From the NCBI GenBank assembly GCA_023666645.1, contig JAMPBP010000007.1, positions 1 to 50,818 of the forward strand: DNA of 50,818 bases, in the 5' to 3' direction. The position numbers and the translations under genes are program-made. Positions within the stretch are counted from its first letter, which is position 1. Every line of letters starts with the position of its first letter. Shown here one piece after another: positions 9,977 through 20,342 of the stretch. Source of the stretch: Clostridiales bacterium (lineage in GTDB: Bacteria; Bacteroidota; Bacteroidia; Bacteroidales; Muribaculaceae). The notes beneath the pieces were generated by a model. The model saw only the letters and a list, made by a program, of their open reading frames with translations. It was not told the DNA's origin and ran no database searches.

Positions 9977-12309
9977 ACAGCAGCGACTATCTTGACCTAC
10001 TTAACCCGCAGCAGCGGGCCGCCGTGGAATACTGCGATGGTCCACAGCTTGTCATAGCCGGTGCAGGGTCGGGGAAAACGCGAGTATTGACTTACAAGAT
10101 AGTGCATCTGCTCACACACGGCTACGAACCCTACCGCATTCTTGCATTGACATTTACCAACAAGGCTGCGAGGGAAATGAAGGAACGCATAGAGAAACTG
10201 GTCGGGAACAATACGGCAGGAAAGCTATGGATGGGAACATTCCACTCCATTTTTTCCAAAATACTGCGCCATCACGCCGACCGTCTTGGGTTTAAATCAG
10301 ATTACACCATCTATGACAGTGCCGACAGCAAGTCACTCATCAAGACTATAATAAAAGGAATGAACCTTGATGAGAAACTCTACAAGCCATCGGTAGTCCA
10401 ATCGGCAATCTCAAGAGCTAAGAACGCACTGCTTTCGCCCGAGGATTATGCCATGGACCGTGACTTGATGGAAGCTGACAAGAGGGCTCGTCGTCCACTC
10501 ATATATGCCATATACAAAACATACAGGCAACGTTGTTTTACGGCAGGCGCAATGGACTTTGACGACCTTCTGTATTATACCAATCTGCTGTTGCGCGACA
10601 ACCCCGACATAAGGCAACATTACCGCGAATACTTCAGATATATACTCGTCGATGAGTATCAGGATACCAATTTCGCCCAACATGTCATTGTATCACAACT
10701 GTGTGATGCCGACATCAAGCTTTGCGTCGTAGGTGACGATGCCCAAAGCATCTACTCTTTCCGAGGTGCCAACATACGCAACATCTTAAATCTGCAACGC
10801 GCTTTCCCTTCGCTGAAGATATTCAAACTCGAGCAGAACTATCGTTCGACACAAACCATAATAAATGCGGCCAATACACTGATTGCCAAAAATAAGCAAC
10901 AGATACCCAAAAATGTATTCTCCAAGAACGAGGTTGGGGACCGTATCGAAGTGATCAATTGCTTCAGCGATTACGAAGAAAGTTCAACTGTTGCCAACCG
11001 TATCTCCCAACTCAAGATGAAGACTCATGACAGCTATGAGGAATTTGCTGTTCTATATCGCACCAATGCCCAGTCACGCATACTTGAGGAATCACTTAGA
11101 AAAAGGAATATTCCTTATCGTATTTATGGCGGTCTGTCGTTCTATCAGCGTAAAGAGGTAAAAGATGCCATAGCCTACTTCAGGGTCGCTGTCAATCCCG
11201 ATGATGAGGAAGCCTTGAAACGCATAATAAACTATCCGGCTCGCGGAATAGGAGAGACTACACTCAATAAAATTTATCGGTGTGCCACCGACAATAATGT
11301 GAGTATGTGGAATGTCATAAATAATCTTGACAGTTTTGACATCGGAATCAACAAGGGGACAGGCAGGAAACTGATTGCTTTTGCCGAACTTATCTCAGGA
11401 TTCATCAGGGCCAACGAGGCCGGTATTGACGCTTTTCAGCTTTCTAAGAAAATAATCAACGAAACACGACTTCTTGCCAGCCTTGTCACCGACAATACTC
11501 CTGAGAGTATTTCAAAACAGGAGAATCTTCAGGAACTCCTTAACGGAACTGCTGATTTTGTAGAGAGAAGATTGGAGCAGGATGGTGACAATGCACAGGT
11601 TAAACTTACCGACTTTCTGGCTGAGGTCTCACTTGCCACTGACCAGGACGAGCAGGATGGAGAATCAGAAGAACGCGTGACACTGATGACTGTTCATGCA
11701 GCCAAGGGATTGGAGTTTGAAAATATCATTGTTGTCGGTGTTGAAGATGACCTTTTCCCCTCATCAATGAGCAAATCATCATTGAGTGAAATTGAAGAGG
11801 AGCGTCGTCTTCTATATGTAGCCATTACACGAGCTAAAAAACATTGTATACTCACATATGCGGGACAACGCTACCGGCAGGGACAGACGGTTACCACTAT
11901 ACCCTCACCTTTCTTGTCGGACATAGACATCCGATTCATGTCAAGGTCAATAGCATCGGCTACCGACTCATATAGCAAACCACAATTTGAAACATATCGC
12001 GACAGTTACCATTCAGGCTCTGTTTCCGTCCCGTCGGCTACGCGTAATAATACCGGGTTCAATCAATTCGTACGGCGTGGCAATTCAGAAAACGATAAGA
12101 CTGCATCAGGAAACTGTGACAACACCTGCTTGACACACATTGCAGCCGAGCTCACCCCCGGCATGACTATTGAGCATTCCCGTTTTGGTCGTGGCATAAT
12201 CCAGGATATAGATTCTGAATCGAAGGACCATAAAATTACAGTTAGATTCTCCAACGCCAATACCAAGGTGCTGCTGCTTAAATTTGCAAAATTCAATATC
12301 ATAGGCTAA
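9973..12309 (+). CDS. UvrD/PcrA/Rep family ATP-dependent DNA helicase
   Basis: It has Walker A AGAGSGKTRVLT, helicase motifs (DEYQDTN, VGDDAQSIYSFRGA, QNYRST, TVHAAKGLEF) and a C-terminal Tudor-like tail. Length is 778 aa. Confidence 0.9.
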   Translation: MNSSDYLDLLNPQQRAAVEYCDGPQLVIAGAGSGKTRVLTYKIVHLLTHGYEPYRILALTFTNKAAREMKERIEKLVGNNTAGKLWMGTFHSIFSKILRHHADRLGFKSDYTIYDSADSKSLIKTIIKGMNLDEKLYKPSVVQSAISRAKNALLSPEDYAMDRDLMEADKRARRPLIYAIYKTYRQRCFTAGAMDFDDLLYYTNLLLRDNPDIRQHYREYFRYILVDEYQDTNFAQHVIVSQLCDADIKLCVVGDDAQSIYSFRGANIRNILNLQRAFPSLKIFKLEQNYRSTQTIINAANTLIAKNKQQIPKNVFSKNEVGDRIEVINCFSDYEESSTVANRISQLKMKTHDSYEEFAVLYRTNAQSRILEESLRKRNIPYRIYGGLSFYQRKEVKDAIAYFRVAVNPDDEEALKRIINYPARGIGETTLNKIYRCATDNNVSMWNVINNLDSFDIGINKGTGRKLIAFAELISGFIRANEAGIDAFQLSKKIINETRLLASLVTDNTPESISKQENLQELLNGTADFVERRLEQDGDNAQVKLTDFLAEVSLATDQDEQDGESEERVTLMTVHAAKGLEFENIIVVGVEDDLFPSSMSKSSLSEIEEERRLLYVAITRAKKHCILTYAGQRYRQGQTVTTIPSPFLSDIDIRFMSRSIASATDSYSKPQFETYRDSYHSGSVSVPSATRNNTGFNQFVRRGNSENDKTASGNCDNTCLTHIAAELTPGMTIEHSRFGRGIIQDIDSESKDHKITVRFSNANTKVLLLKFAKFNIIG

Positions 12310-13463
12310 TGACACAAAACAACATACCTACACCGTTCTATATCGTATACGAAGACCGACTTCGTAATAATCTGCAACTTATCAATCGAGTGGAGAAAGA
12401 AGCCGGAGTAAAAATCATAATGGCTTTCAAGGCCAACGCTCTTTGGAAAACTTTCGACATTGTAAGGGAATATAACCGTGACTGTACAGCGAGCTCTCTA
12501 AATGAATTGCAACTGGGTAAGGAAGAACTGGGTGGAAATGTGCACTCCTATTGTCCGGCATATACTGATGAGACAATATATCAATATTTGGACGGAAGTT
12601 CTCATATAACCTTCAATTCCGTAAGTCAATACCAAAGATTCAAAGATATAGTTGAACAATATAATTCATGCAACAGTCATTCCAAGCATGTGTCACCCGG
12701 TTTGAGGGTCAATCCTCAGTGTTCAGTCATAGAGACTGATATTTACAACCCGGCGTTGCCTGGCAGCCGATTTGGTGTAACAGCCTCACAGCTTGATGGA
12801 AACTTGCCTGCAGGAATTGAAGGGCTCCACTTTCACCAGCTTTGTGAATCATCGTCCCACGACCTTGAAAAAGTGCTCAACGCCTTTGAATCTCAATTCG
12901 GCAGATACCTGCCTATGGTAAAATGGGTGAATATGGGAGGGGGACACCTCATGACCCGAGAAGGATATGATGTCGACCACTTGATAAGAATCTTGAAGGA
13001 CTTCAAGAGCCGTTATCCATGGCTCCACATAATACTTGAACCGGGAAGTGCTTTTACGTGGCGCACAGGTGATCTCATTACAAAAGTAGTCGATGTGGTC
13101 GAAAACCAGGGAGTTAAGACTGCTATTATCGACGCTTCGTTTGCTTGTCACATGCCCGACACGCTTGAAATGCCTTATAAACCAGCCATTTCTGAAAGTA
13201 TCGACACTGATAAAGCCAAATTTATTTATCGCTTAGGTGGCAATTCATGTCTCAGTGGAGATTATATGGGCGACTGGGGATTCAATGAAAAATTGGAAAT
13301 CGGTGACCGTCTCACCCTCCAGGATATGAATCACTATACGACTGTGAAGACGACCATGTTCAATGGTCTGCAACACCCGGCGTTGGTTCTATGTAAACAT
13401 GATGGAGAGTGCATATATCTCAGACAGTTCACATATGAGGATTACAAGCATCGCATGGACTAA
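12309..13463 (+). CDS. nspC: Carboxynorspermidine decarboxylase (PLP-dependent, fold III decarboxylase family)
   Basis: The N-terminus PTPFYIVYEDRLRNN and the 384-aa length fit NspC. Its start codon overlaps the helicase stop. Confidence 0.7.
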   Translation: MTQNNIPTPFYIVYEDRLRNNLQLINRVEKEAGVKIIMAFKANALWKTFDIVREYNRDCTASSLNELQLGKEELGGNVHSYCPAYTDETIYQYLDGSSHITFNSVSQYQRFKDIVEQYNSCNSHSKHVSPGLRVNPQCSVIETDIYNPALPGSRFGVTASQLDGNLPAGIEGLHFHQLCESSSHDLEKVLNAFESQFGRYLPMVKWVNMGGGHLMTREGYDVDHLIRILKDFKSRYPWLHIILEPGSAFTWRTGDLITKVVDVVENQGVKTAIIDASFACHMPDTLEMPYKPAISESIDTDKAKFIYRLGGNSCLSGDYMGDWGFNEKLEIGDRLTLQDMNHYTTVKTTMFNGLQHPALVLCKHDGECIYLRQFTYEDYKHRMD

Positions 13464-13487
13464 TATTAACTATAAAACATCAATTCT

Positions 13488-13856
13488 ATGAATTATTTCC
13501 CTCAGGAAAAATTTAGAGCATCATGGGGCTCGCTCATCAATCTGTCAACAGGCAATCTCGTAATTGATGACGATACGATAACATTACAACCTAATATAGC
13601 TCAGACTGTTGTAAGTGGCGGAATGTCCCGTAAAGCCTATAAGCCTCAGATATTCAATATAGCCGATGTGTGTGGTTATTCCAGCGTATTTGCAGCATGG
13701 ATGGCAATACATTTGACCGATGGCTCCAAGATAAAAGTCTCTATAGCGATATCAAAAAAAGAGAAACAAAAACTTGTCGATGCTATAGAACTTAGACGCA
13801 CGAATTATTTTCAGCGCCAAGGATTGCCTGTACCACCCCTCACGCATTCACTTTAA
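13488..13856 (+). CDS. Hypothetical protein
   Basis: A 122-aa ORF in an ordered gene string with no recognisable motif. Confidence 0.4.
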   Translation: MNYFPQEKFRASWGSLINLSTGNLVIDDDTITLQPNIAQTVVSGGMSRKAYKPQIFNIADVCGYSSVFAAWMAIHLTDGSKIKVSIAISKKEKQKLVDAIELRRTNYFQRQGLPVPPLTHSL

Positions 13857-13887
13857 ATCATAGTACCAACTTTAAATCCCAAACAAT

Positions 13888-15132
13888 ATGGCACGTATCA
13901 AACCATTCCGCGGTGTTAGACCGCCCAAAGAATTCGTCACTCAAGTAGCGTCACGCCCATATGATGTGCTTAACTCCGAGGAAGCACGTAATGAAGCCGG
14001 TGACAATGCCAAGTCACTATACCATATCATCAAGCCCGAAATTGATTTCCTCCCCGGCACTGATGAACATGACCCCAAGGTCTATGACAAAGCTGTGGAA
14101 AATTTTAATAACTTCCAGAATAACGGCTGGCTGGTTCAAGACGACAAAGACCATTACTATATCTACGCCCAGACGATGGAAGGTCGCACACAGTATGGCA
14201 TCGTAATAGCTGCCGATTTCAAGGACTACATGAATGGAGCTATTAAAAAACATGAGCTTACACGCCGTGATAAAGAAGAGGACCGCATGAAGCATGTAAG
14301 GGTCAACAATGCCAATATTGAACCCGTATTCTTTGCGTTCCCCGATAATGCTGTCCTGGAGCAGATCATCAAGGAAGAGACAGCCAAAGAGCCTGAATAT
14401 GACTTTGTCGCTCCTGATGGATTCGGCCATCATTTCTGGGTAATAGATAATCCCGACACTATCGATACGATTACCAAGACATTTGCCGACATACCTTATC
14501 TATATATTGCCGATGGGCACCATCGTACTGCCGCAGCTGCCCTCGTAGGTAATGAGAAAGCTCAGGCAAATATAAACCACACCGGCGATGAAGAATACAA
14601 TTTTTTCCTTGCCGTTGCTTTCCCTGCCTCTCACCTGTGCATTATTGATTATAACCGGGTTGTTAAGGATCTCAATGGCTTGAATAAGGAAGAGTTTCTT
14701 AACCGAATCTCTGAAAATTTCGACATCACAAGCAAGGGAACCGAGGAATATCGCCCCACCGCGCTACATAATTTCTCGCTCTATATCGACGGCAACTGGT
14801 ATTCACTCACTGCCAAGCCGGGAAGATATGACGACAATGACCCTATTGGGGTGCTTGATGTAACAATATCGAGCGACTTAATTTTACGCGATATTTTGGG
14901 TATAACCGACCTACGTTCAGACAAACGCATTGACTTTGTTGGAGGTATACGTGGGCTTGGCGAACTGAAACAACGTGTCGACAGTGGAGAAATGGCCATG
15001 GCACTCGCCCTGTATCCTGTTTCAATGAAACAATTAATGGACATCGCTGATAGTGGCAACATCATGCCGCCCAAGACCACATGGTTTGAGCCTAAACTCC
15101 GCTCGGGTCTTGTAATCCACAAACTTGACTAA
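13888..15132 (+). CDS. DUF1015 family protein
   Basis: The N-terminus is MARIKPFRGVRPPKEF.... The 414-aa length and overall pattern are typical of DUF1015. Confidence 0.7.
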   Translation: MARIKPFRGVRPPKEFVTQVASRPYDVLNSEEARNEAGDNAKSLYHIIKPEIDFLPGTDEHDPKVYDKAVENFNNFQNNGWLVQDDKDHYYIYAQTMEGRTQYGIVIAADFKDYMNGAIKKHELTRRDKEEDRMKHVRVNNANIEPVFFAFPDNAVLEQIIKEETAKEPEYDFVAPDGFGHHFWVIDNPDTIDTITKTFADIPYLYIADGHHRTAAAALVGNEKAQANINHTGDEEYNFFLAVAFPASHLCIIDYNRVVKDLNGLNKEEFLNRISENFDITSKGTEEYRPTALHNFSLYIDGNWYSLTAKPGRYDDNDPIGVLDVTISSDLILRDILGITDLRSDKRIDFVGGIRGLGELKQRVDSGEMAMALALYPVSMKQLMDIADSGNIMPPKTTWFEPKLRSGLVIHKLD

Positions 15133-15159
15133 TCAATTGCTGCATACCGTAGCAAATGT

Positions 15160-15200
15160 AAAAAACGGAGATAGCTTGTTATCGCTACCTCCGTTTTTTC
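15160..15200. terminator. Bidirectional rho-independent terminator between convergent genes
   Basis: The sequence AAAAAACGGAGATAGC-ttgttatc-GCTACCTCCGTTTTTTC has an A-tract before the stem and a T-tract after it. Confidence 0.65.
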
Positions 15201-15240
15201 AGCTTTATATAAAAAATTATCTGACGAAATTATATTGCTG

Positions 15241-16221
15241 TTAATTGTTGGCTATCTCATCAAGTGAGAAAGTTGCCGACAGCTCGCGTGGTTCCTTCTT
15301 ACCTTCAAGTAAATCAAAGAAGAAATCTCTTATCGACATCATGTCAAGAGTTGCCTGACTTCCATCGGCCTTAGTCCCGAGGTCGTATGTTTTCAGCATC
15401 TGGGGGCCAAGAGAAGCGGCTGTAATCAAGAAATGATTCTGAAACTTGTCAGTATCGAGCATATCAGCTGCCAATACCTTACCGATAACGGTGAACGAGC
15501 GCAAAGACCGTTGCATGTCTTCATTGGTGAGAGTCGATCTTATTTGGTCGGTCTCAAGATTCATCGGTATACGTCCCGATTTCTCATCTTCAGGTTTTTC
15601 GCGGAACAGAGCACCAAGATCGGCCAATGACAGGTTGAACATGCGGGTATCAGGTGTTGTATGTGGAATCTCGATTGTAAATGCAGAAGGGAGGAGCAAT
15701 TGTATTGTTCCCTCAAGGTTTACACGAGCAGTATTGAATGTGCCCACAATACAGTTATTTATCGTCGCATCGGCTGAAGCAAAAACACCACCAATCACAA
15801 CACAATTCTCAAGAATTATCTCATCGGCATATATGCTGCCGGCGACATAGGCATTGCGCAGAGTCACTTGTTTGGCATTGATATCACACCCGAAAACAGG
15901 TCGACAGTTGTTCGCGCGCGACACAATAGACCCTGCTGAACCTACCGTTTTCTTCATTATCACATCACCCCTTACATCACCCGAGATATAAAATTCGTTC
16001 TTTGCAAAAACGGAACCGCCTATCTCGATGTCTCCACCTCTTATATCAATGCGTTGTCCAAAAACGGCACCTTCCACAAGTGTGTTACCCTCTAAGACTA
16101 CATTACGGTTCAACTCGGCAATTTTTTGAGGCAGTATAGCACCCCTTACAAGGTTATCTTTGAGAATCAGCTCAGTAGTATCAAGCCTGATTTCTTTTAA
16201 TTCTTTTTTATCGTTCATCAT
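15241..16221 (-). CDS. Bactofilin-like polymer-forming beta-helix protein with a C-terminal extension; last gene of the six-gene operon
   Basis: Its N-terminal 200 aa are rich in short beta-strand repeats with G/V/I/N periodicity (VLEGNTLVEGAVFGQRIDIRGGDIEIGGSVFAKNEFYISGDVRGDVIM...). The start overlaps the upstream gene by 4 bp. Confidence 0.55.
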   Translation of the reverse strand: MMNDKKELKEIRLDTTELILKDNLVRGAILPQKIAELNRNVVLEGNTLVEGAVFGQRIDIRGGDIEIGGSVFAKNEFYISGDVRGDVIMKKTVGSAGSIVSRANNCRPVFGCDINAKQVTLRNAYVAGSIYADEIILENCVVIGGVFASADATINNCIVGTFNTARVNLEGTIQLLLPSAFTIEIPHTTPDTRMFNLSLADLGALFREKPEDEKSGRIPMNLETDQIRSTLTNEDMQRSLRSFTVIGKVLAADMLDTDKFQNHFLITAASLGPQMLKTYDLGTKADGSQATLDMMSIRDFFFDLLEGKKEPRELSATFSLDEIANN

Positions 16222-17225
16222 TGTTGAATTGTTTCATTATCAGTAAATAATCGACTTGTCAGCTCGGCAACACGGCGTTCGTGACTTGTAGACGAGCTAT
16301 TCATCGCATCGGCCACATTATCATTAAAATATTCAAGTATACGTTTATCAATCCCCACCTTGCTGTCCAGCGGCATTTTGGTTGTAAGAATATTTCTATC
16401 AACCTGAGAGAGCATTGGAGAGGTGTAAACATCGCTACTTGATGTTTGATTACAGTCAATCGATTCTACAACACAATATGGCGACAGAATAGTTTTTTCC
16501 TCACCACCGTTACGCAAACATTGGGTAAGTAGATTGTCCGTGTCATATTGAATGTTCAGGAAATGCCTGCCATCATCAATAGTTTCAGCAGCCAGATGTT
16601 TCAATCGTGAAACTGATAGGGTAGAATGCAGGTGAGCTTGCTCTGTGGCTGTAACGGTCGCAGTCCCGATTGCTTGCACTGGCGTCGAGCCTACGGAATC
16701 GGCCAGTCTTTGGAATGAGAATACCGGCTGGTCGATGGCATATATACGGTTCTCAAGCTCATGGTTAAGGTCGTCGAAAATCTTTATGTAACGGGACGAC
16801 AGACGGTTGTAATCTTCCTTCATCTGGCGCTGTTTGTCATGACATCGGTCGGCAAAACTTTTGAGTTGCAACAGCAAGGCATCGATACGTGTCGACAATT
16901 CAGTTATCTGCTGAGAGATATCCGAGCGTACAGTTTTAAAGAATCCGGAAATTATTGTTTGTCCGACTTTTCTGGAATTATCGGCTATGGATTTAACCTG
17001 AGCAGCCTCAGTGGCGACCACCGATCCCGTCAATAGGTCGACACCATGCTCCAGTGTATCTACCGAGTGGTCAAACGGGTCTGTGTCGACAGTTACATTG
17101 AAATGAACCGTCTCAGTCACTGATCCCGAATAGCTACGTGTACCTCCCGATTGAGATGCCGGATAACTCACAGAACCTGAGTAATGGACCGTGATTGATC
17201 TGGAAAAATGTCGTGTATAACTCAT
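16218..17225 (-). CDS. Hypothetical helical or coiled-coil protein, paralog of 17250-18173
   Basis: It aligns with the neighbouring paralog, for example MKEDYNRLSSRYIKIFDDLNHELENRI against MERDYQMICARYGKLFTAINRNLRQRV. It also carries a Ser/Tyr-rich N-terminal extension. Confidence 0.65.
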   Translation of the reverse strand: MSYTRHFSRSITVHYSGSVSYPASQSGGTRSYSGSVTETVHFNVTVDTDPFDHSVDTLEHGVDLLTGSVVATEAAQVKSIADNSRKVGQTIISGFFKTVRSDISQQITELSTRIDALLLQLKSFADRCHDKQRQMKEDYNRLSSRYIKIFDDLNHELENRIYAIDQPVFSFQRLADSVGSTPVQAIGTATVTATEQAHLHSTLSVSRLKHLAAETIDDGRHFLNIQYDTDNLLTQCLRNGGEEKTILSPYCVVESIDCNQTSSSDVYTSPMLSQVDRNILTTKMPLDSKVGIDKRILEYFNDNVADAMNSSSTSHERRVAELTSRLFTDNETIQQ

Positions 17226-17249
17226 TGTAAAAAGTTTAAAGAAGGTACA

Positions 17250-18173
17250 TTACAATGTAAGGAAGTTATTGGCTTCAAAAAGCTTCACTATAGTATCACG
17301 GCGACGCTGGTCAAGATCAGACGAGGCAACAAGACGGTGAAACTGATTGGACAGTTGTGGGTCTATAGTTCCATTGGCTTGCCACGATAATTCCTGCTCG
17401 CTATTGGCTACGCTCAATCTATTTTCTATCAAATTTCTTGAAGTTGCAGTCATATCGATCTTCGATACCGTTACCTGAAAATGCTTGTTGTCAGAACGGT
17501 CATAGTTGGATTCCATCATTATGACCGGTACATTAAGCTGAGATGTTTCTGTTGATGACCTACGGCTCAAAAGAACACGGTCGATCATGTATTGAAGTCG
17601 ATTGTAGCCTGAGATAAATCTCTCGATAGCTTCAATGGCATGCGAGGCACGATATTTTAGATTGGAGGTGAGCAGATGCTGCGAGGTTTTGACCGACTCG
17701 GTTTGTCCAAGTGGAATCGTTGCAGTCATGTGGCTGGCACGGTTGGAAACTTTATCGGCTTCGGTCGTGGCGAGATCAATGATGGGACGGTCGAGTTCGG
17801 TGACCCGTTGACGCAGATTGCGATTTATGGCAGTGAATAGTTTGCCATATCTTGCACAGATCATCTGGTAATCCCGTTCCATGCGCCGGCGTATGTTGGA
17901 CAACTGTTTATGTTGTTGATTCAAGCGCATAAGCTGAGCATCGACACGACTCTGCATAGCCGCCATTTTCTGAGAAATCTGGGAATGAATCATCGAATAG
18001 AATCCTTGATTCACCTTCTTACACACATGATCAGCACCATCTTGTTCAGCTTTTATGACTGCAGCCTTCATGGCAACGACAGCGGCTGTGGTGCCATTAA
18101 CATGGGAGTTGACAGCATGAACCGACTGGGCGAGTTCGGTAGTGTCGACAACACAATCAAATGAATGAGACAT
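17250..18173 (-). CDS. Hypothetical helical or coiled-coil protein, paralog of 16218-17225
   Basis: Similarity to its paralog, at about 25-30% identity by eye, runs across the whole length. Confidence 0.65.
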   Translation of the reverse strand: MSHSFDCVVDTTELAQSVHAVNSHVNGTTAAVVAMKAAVIKAEQDGADHVCKKVNQGFYSMIHSQISQKMAAMQSRVDAQLMRLNQQHKQLSNIRRRMERDYQMICARYGKLFTAINRNLRQRVTELDRPIIDLATTEADKVSNRASHMTATIPLGQTESVKTSQHLLTSNLKYRASHAIEAIERFISGYNRLQYMIDRVLLSRRSSTETSQLNVPVIMMESNYDRSDNKHFQVTVSKIDMTATSRNLIENRLSVANSEQELSWQANGTIDPQLSNQFHRLVASSDLDQRRRDTIVKLFEANNFLTL

Positions 18174-18196
18174 ATAAATAAGGTGTATTAAAAGGA

Positions 18197-20215
18197 TTAC
18201 TGTTCGTTATCGGATTTGTCACACGAAATATCGGGTAAATCGGTCTCTGATTGTGGGATTGGAGGTAGATCAGGAAGAACGGTTGACTGTGGCATTTCAG
18301 GAATATCGGAGATATTTGAAATCTCTTGCTCCATGATTTCAGGCATAGATTCAGTAGATTTTGCAACAGAAGGTTCCGCTACCTTAACATTGGCATTGAG
18401 AGAGCCAAGGGCTTCCTTCACAATAGCTGGAAGGTTCAAACCAAAGTGATCAAATGTTATATCACTGACTTGAGGTTCGGGCATTAGCTCTGAATCCTTG
18501 GCCAATTTGGGGTTAATCGAGGCAAGCGGCTTTCTTCGTTCATCAAGGGTATGTACCTCAGCACCTGCGACAGCTACAGCATTGGAATAGCCATCACGAA
18601 GTTTTGCATCAAAGTATTCGACATGACCAAATTTACTGGCTTTCAAATCAATATCTTCTTTTAGACGTTCTATGTATTCCTCAAACTCGGTTTGCACTTT
18701 TTGGAATTCCTGTCCCTGAAGCTCAAAGGCAGCCAAAGTATCGGCAGTATTGTCAACAACTTCCACAACAACCGAGTCAAGGTTACCATCTGAGAGTTTC
18801 ATCTGATTTTCTGTACGTTTCAAAGCCATAAGATTATTGTAGGCGCTGACATACTCGGTCAAGGTCTGTTGCATCAAATTTATAAGATCGGCCGATTCAG
18901 CTCTGTTGGACCTATAGAACGCATCAGTATCCTGATGCCACTTGTTGAGATAAGATATCTTCTGGTCTCTGATGGCATTATATATCTTCAGACGTTCGAT
19001 ACGATTCTCCTGCATGAGGTTCTGTACCATTGGCGCTATTATCTCCTCATACATTTGGTGGACACCGAATGGTTGAACTGTTTGTGATCCATCTTCAGCA
19101 ATCCAAGTACCGGTCAACGGATTGTATCTTACACGAGAAGATTGTCTCAGAGTAAATGGCTCATAGCCCTGAATCGAATCGGAATAATCAAATTTTTCAT
19201 TTCGTATCCGGTCTATTTCGTCGGCTTCCAGCAAGGGTGAATAATGATTGTAGGGCGCCTTAAGTATTTGATATAGCAGGCGGTTGGAGTCAAGCACTAT
19301 TTTATCGACCGAAGCTACCTTCATGCGGGTTACTGTCTGTACAGAATTGCCTATCGCATTCATAAGCATTATCAGTACCTCTTCAAACTGTGCTGTTTCA
19401 TTGGAAAGTGAATTCTTAAGATCGTTTATTTCCTGGAATTTTTTAATTCCGGTTTGGTAAGCATTATTGTTGAACACTTCAACGACTGTAGCCTTATCGG
19501 GCAATTCACTTGTCGCATATGTATCGAGTTGCGGTAAATATAGGGAATTATCAGTGACTACCGGCAGAGTCACCGATGTCGTATCGAGATCCTCCATACA
19601 GAATGTCATTGTCTTGAGAGCGCGCTCCATGGAACCGAGATAGTCGTTCTCCTTTATCTCCTGAATGGACAGAGAATAATCATCAGTATTGACAGTCTCG
19701 GCCTCATTGGAAGTCTCCACGATAGGTGCTTCCTTCGAAAGGGCATCGAGAGCATGTATCGTATCAACCAATAGGTCATTGCGGCGCGAAACGCTCATGG
19801 ATATCTTCTGTTCGGGAACAGCTCCGGTATAATCGACGATAAAACTCTTGTCTTGATATTTAATCTGTTCAGCAACAGGGACAAACGCTACACCCATACG
19901 GGTCACTTTATAGTCGCGGAATATTTCCTTATAACGTTGACGCTGTACGGCAATTTTTTCTTCTTTTCCCTCAATTTCAGTCGTTATGCGTTTCTTGAGG
20001 AAGTAATAGGGAAGATAGAACAATAGCATGTACCACCACTTGCTTGACAATTCATTGCGCAAATCAGCAATACCCTGCTCGAGGTCTCTGATATTGCTTT
20101 CAATAAGCTCTTCTTCTTCAACTATACGCTCAGCTGCCTGTCGATAATAGTTAAAGAGGATTTTTGCCTGATCATGCCATATATTGGCCGAATCAGGGAA
20201 AATTTTTCCATCCAT
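18197..20215 (-). CDS. Large coiled-coil protein (672 aa) with an N-proximal aromatic hydrophobic segment and an acidic Pro-rich C-terminal tail
   Basis: It has heptad-rich regions (EEEELIESNIRDLEQGIADLRNEL), the segment WWYMLLFYLPYYFL, and the tail PEIMEQEISNISDIPEMPQSTVLPDLPPIPQSETDLPD. No P-loop is present. Confidence 0.65.
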   Translation of the reverse strand: MDGKIFPDSANIWHDQAKILFNYYRQAAERIVEEEELIESNIRDLEQGIADLRNELSSKWWYMLLFYLPYYFLKKRITTEIEGKEEKIAVQRQRYKEIFRDYKVTRMGVAFVPVAEQIKYQDKSFIVDYTGAVPEQKISMSVSRRNDLLVDTIHALDALSKEAPIVETSNEAETVNTDDYSLSIQEIKENDYLGSMERALKTMTFCMEDLDTTSVTLPVVTDNSLYLPQLDTYATSELPDKATVVEVFNNNAYQTGIKKFQEINDLKNSLSNETAQFEEVLIMLMNAIGNSVQTVTRMKVASVDKIVLDSNRLLYQILKAPYNHYSPLLEADEIDRIRNEKFDYSDSIQGYEPFTLRQSSRVRYNPLTGTWIAEDGSQTVQPFGVHQMYEEIIAPMVQNLMQENRIERLKIYNAIRDQKISYLNKWHQDTDAFYRSNRAESADLINLMQQTLTEYVSAYNNLMALKRTENQMKLSDGNLDSVVVEVVDNTADTLAAFELQGQEFQKVQTEFEEYIERLKEDIDLKASKFGHVEYFDAKLRDGYSNAVAVAGAEVHTLDERRKPLASINPKLAKDSELMPEPQVSDITFDHFGLNLPAIVKEALGSLNANVKVAEPSVAKSTESMPEIMEQEISNISDIPEMPQSTVLPDLPPIPQSETDLPDISCDKSDNEQ

Positions 20216-20342
20216 AATTGTTAATAATGTTTAGTCCTAATACCGAATTGCAGCTACAAGGTCTGATTCAAAATACAATGCACCTTATGCTAACATTAGG
20301 CAAAGGGTGGTTAAAAATGAAATGAATAATATTAGATTGTAT

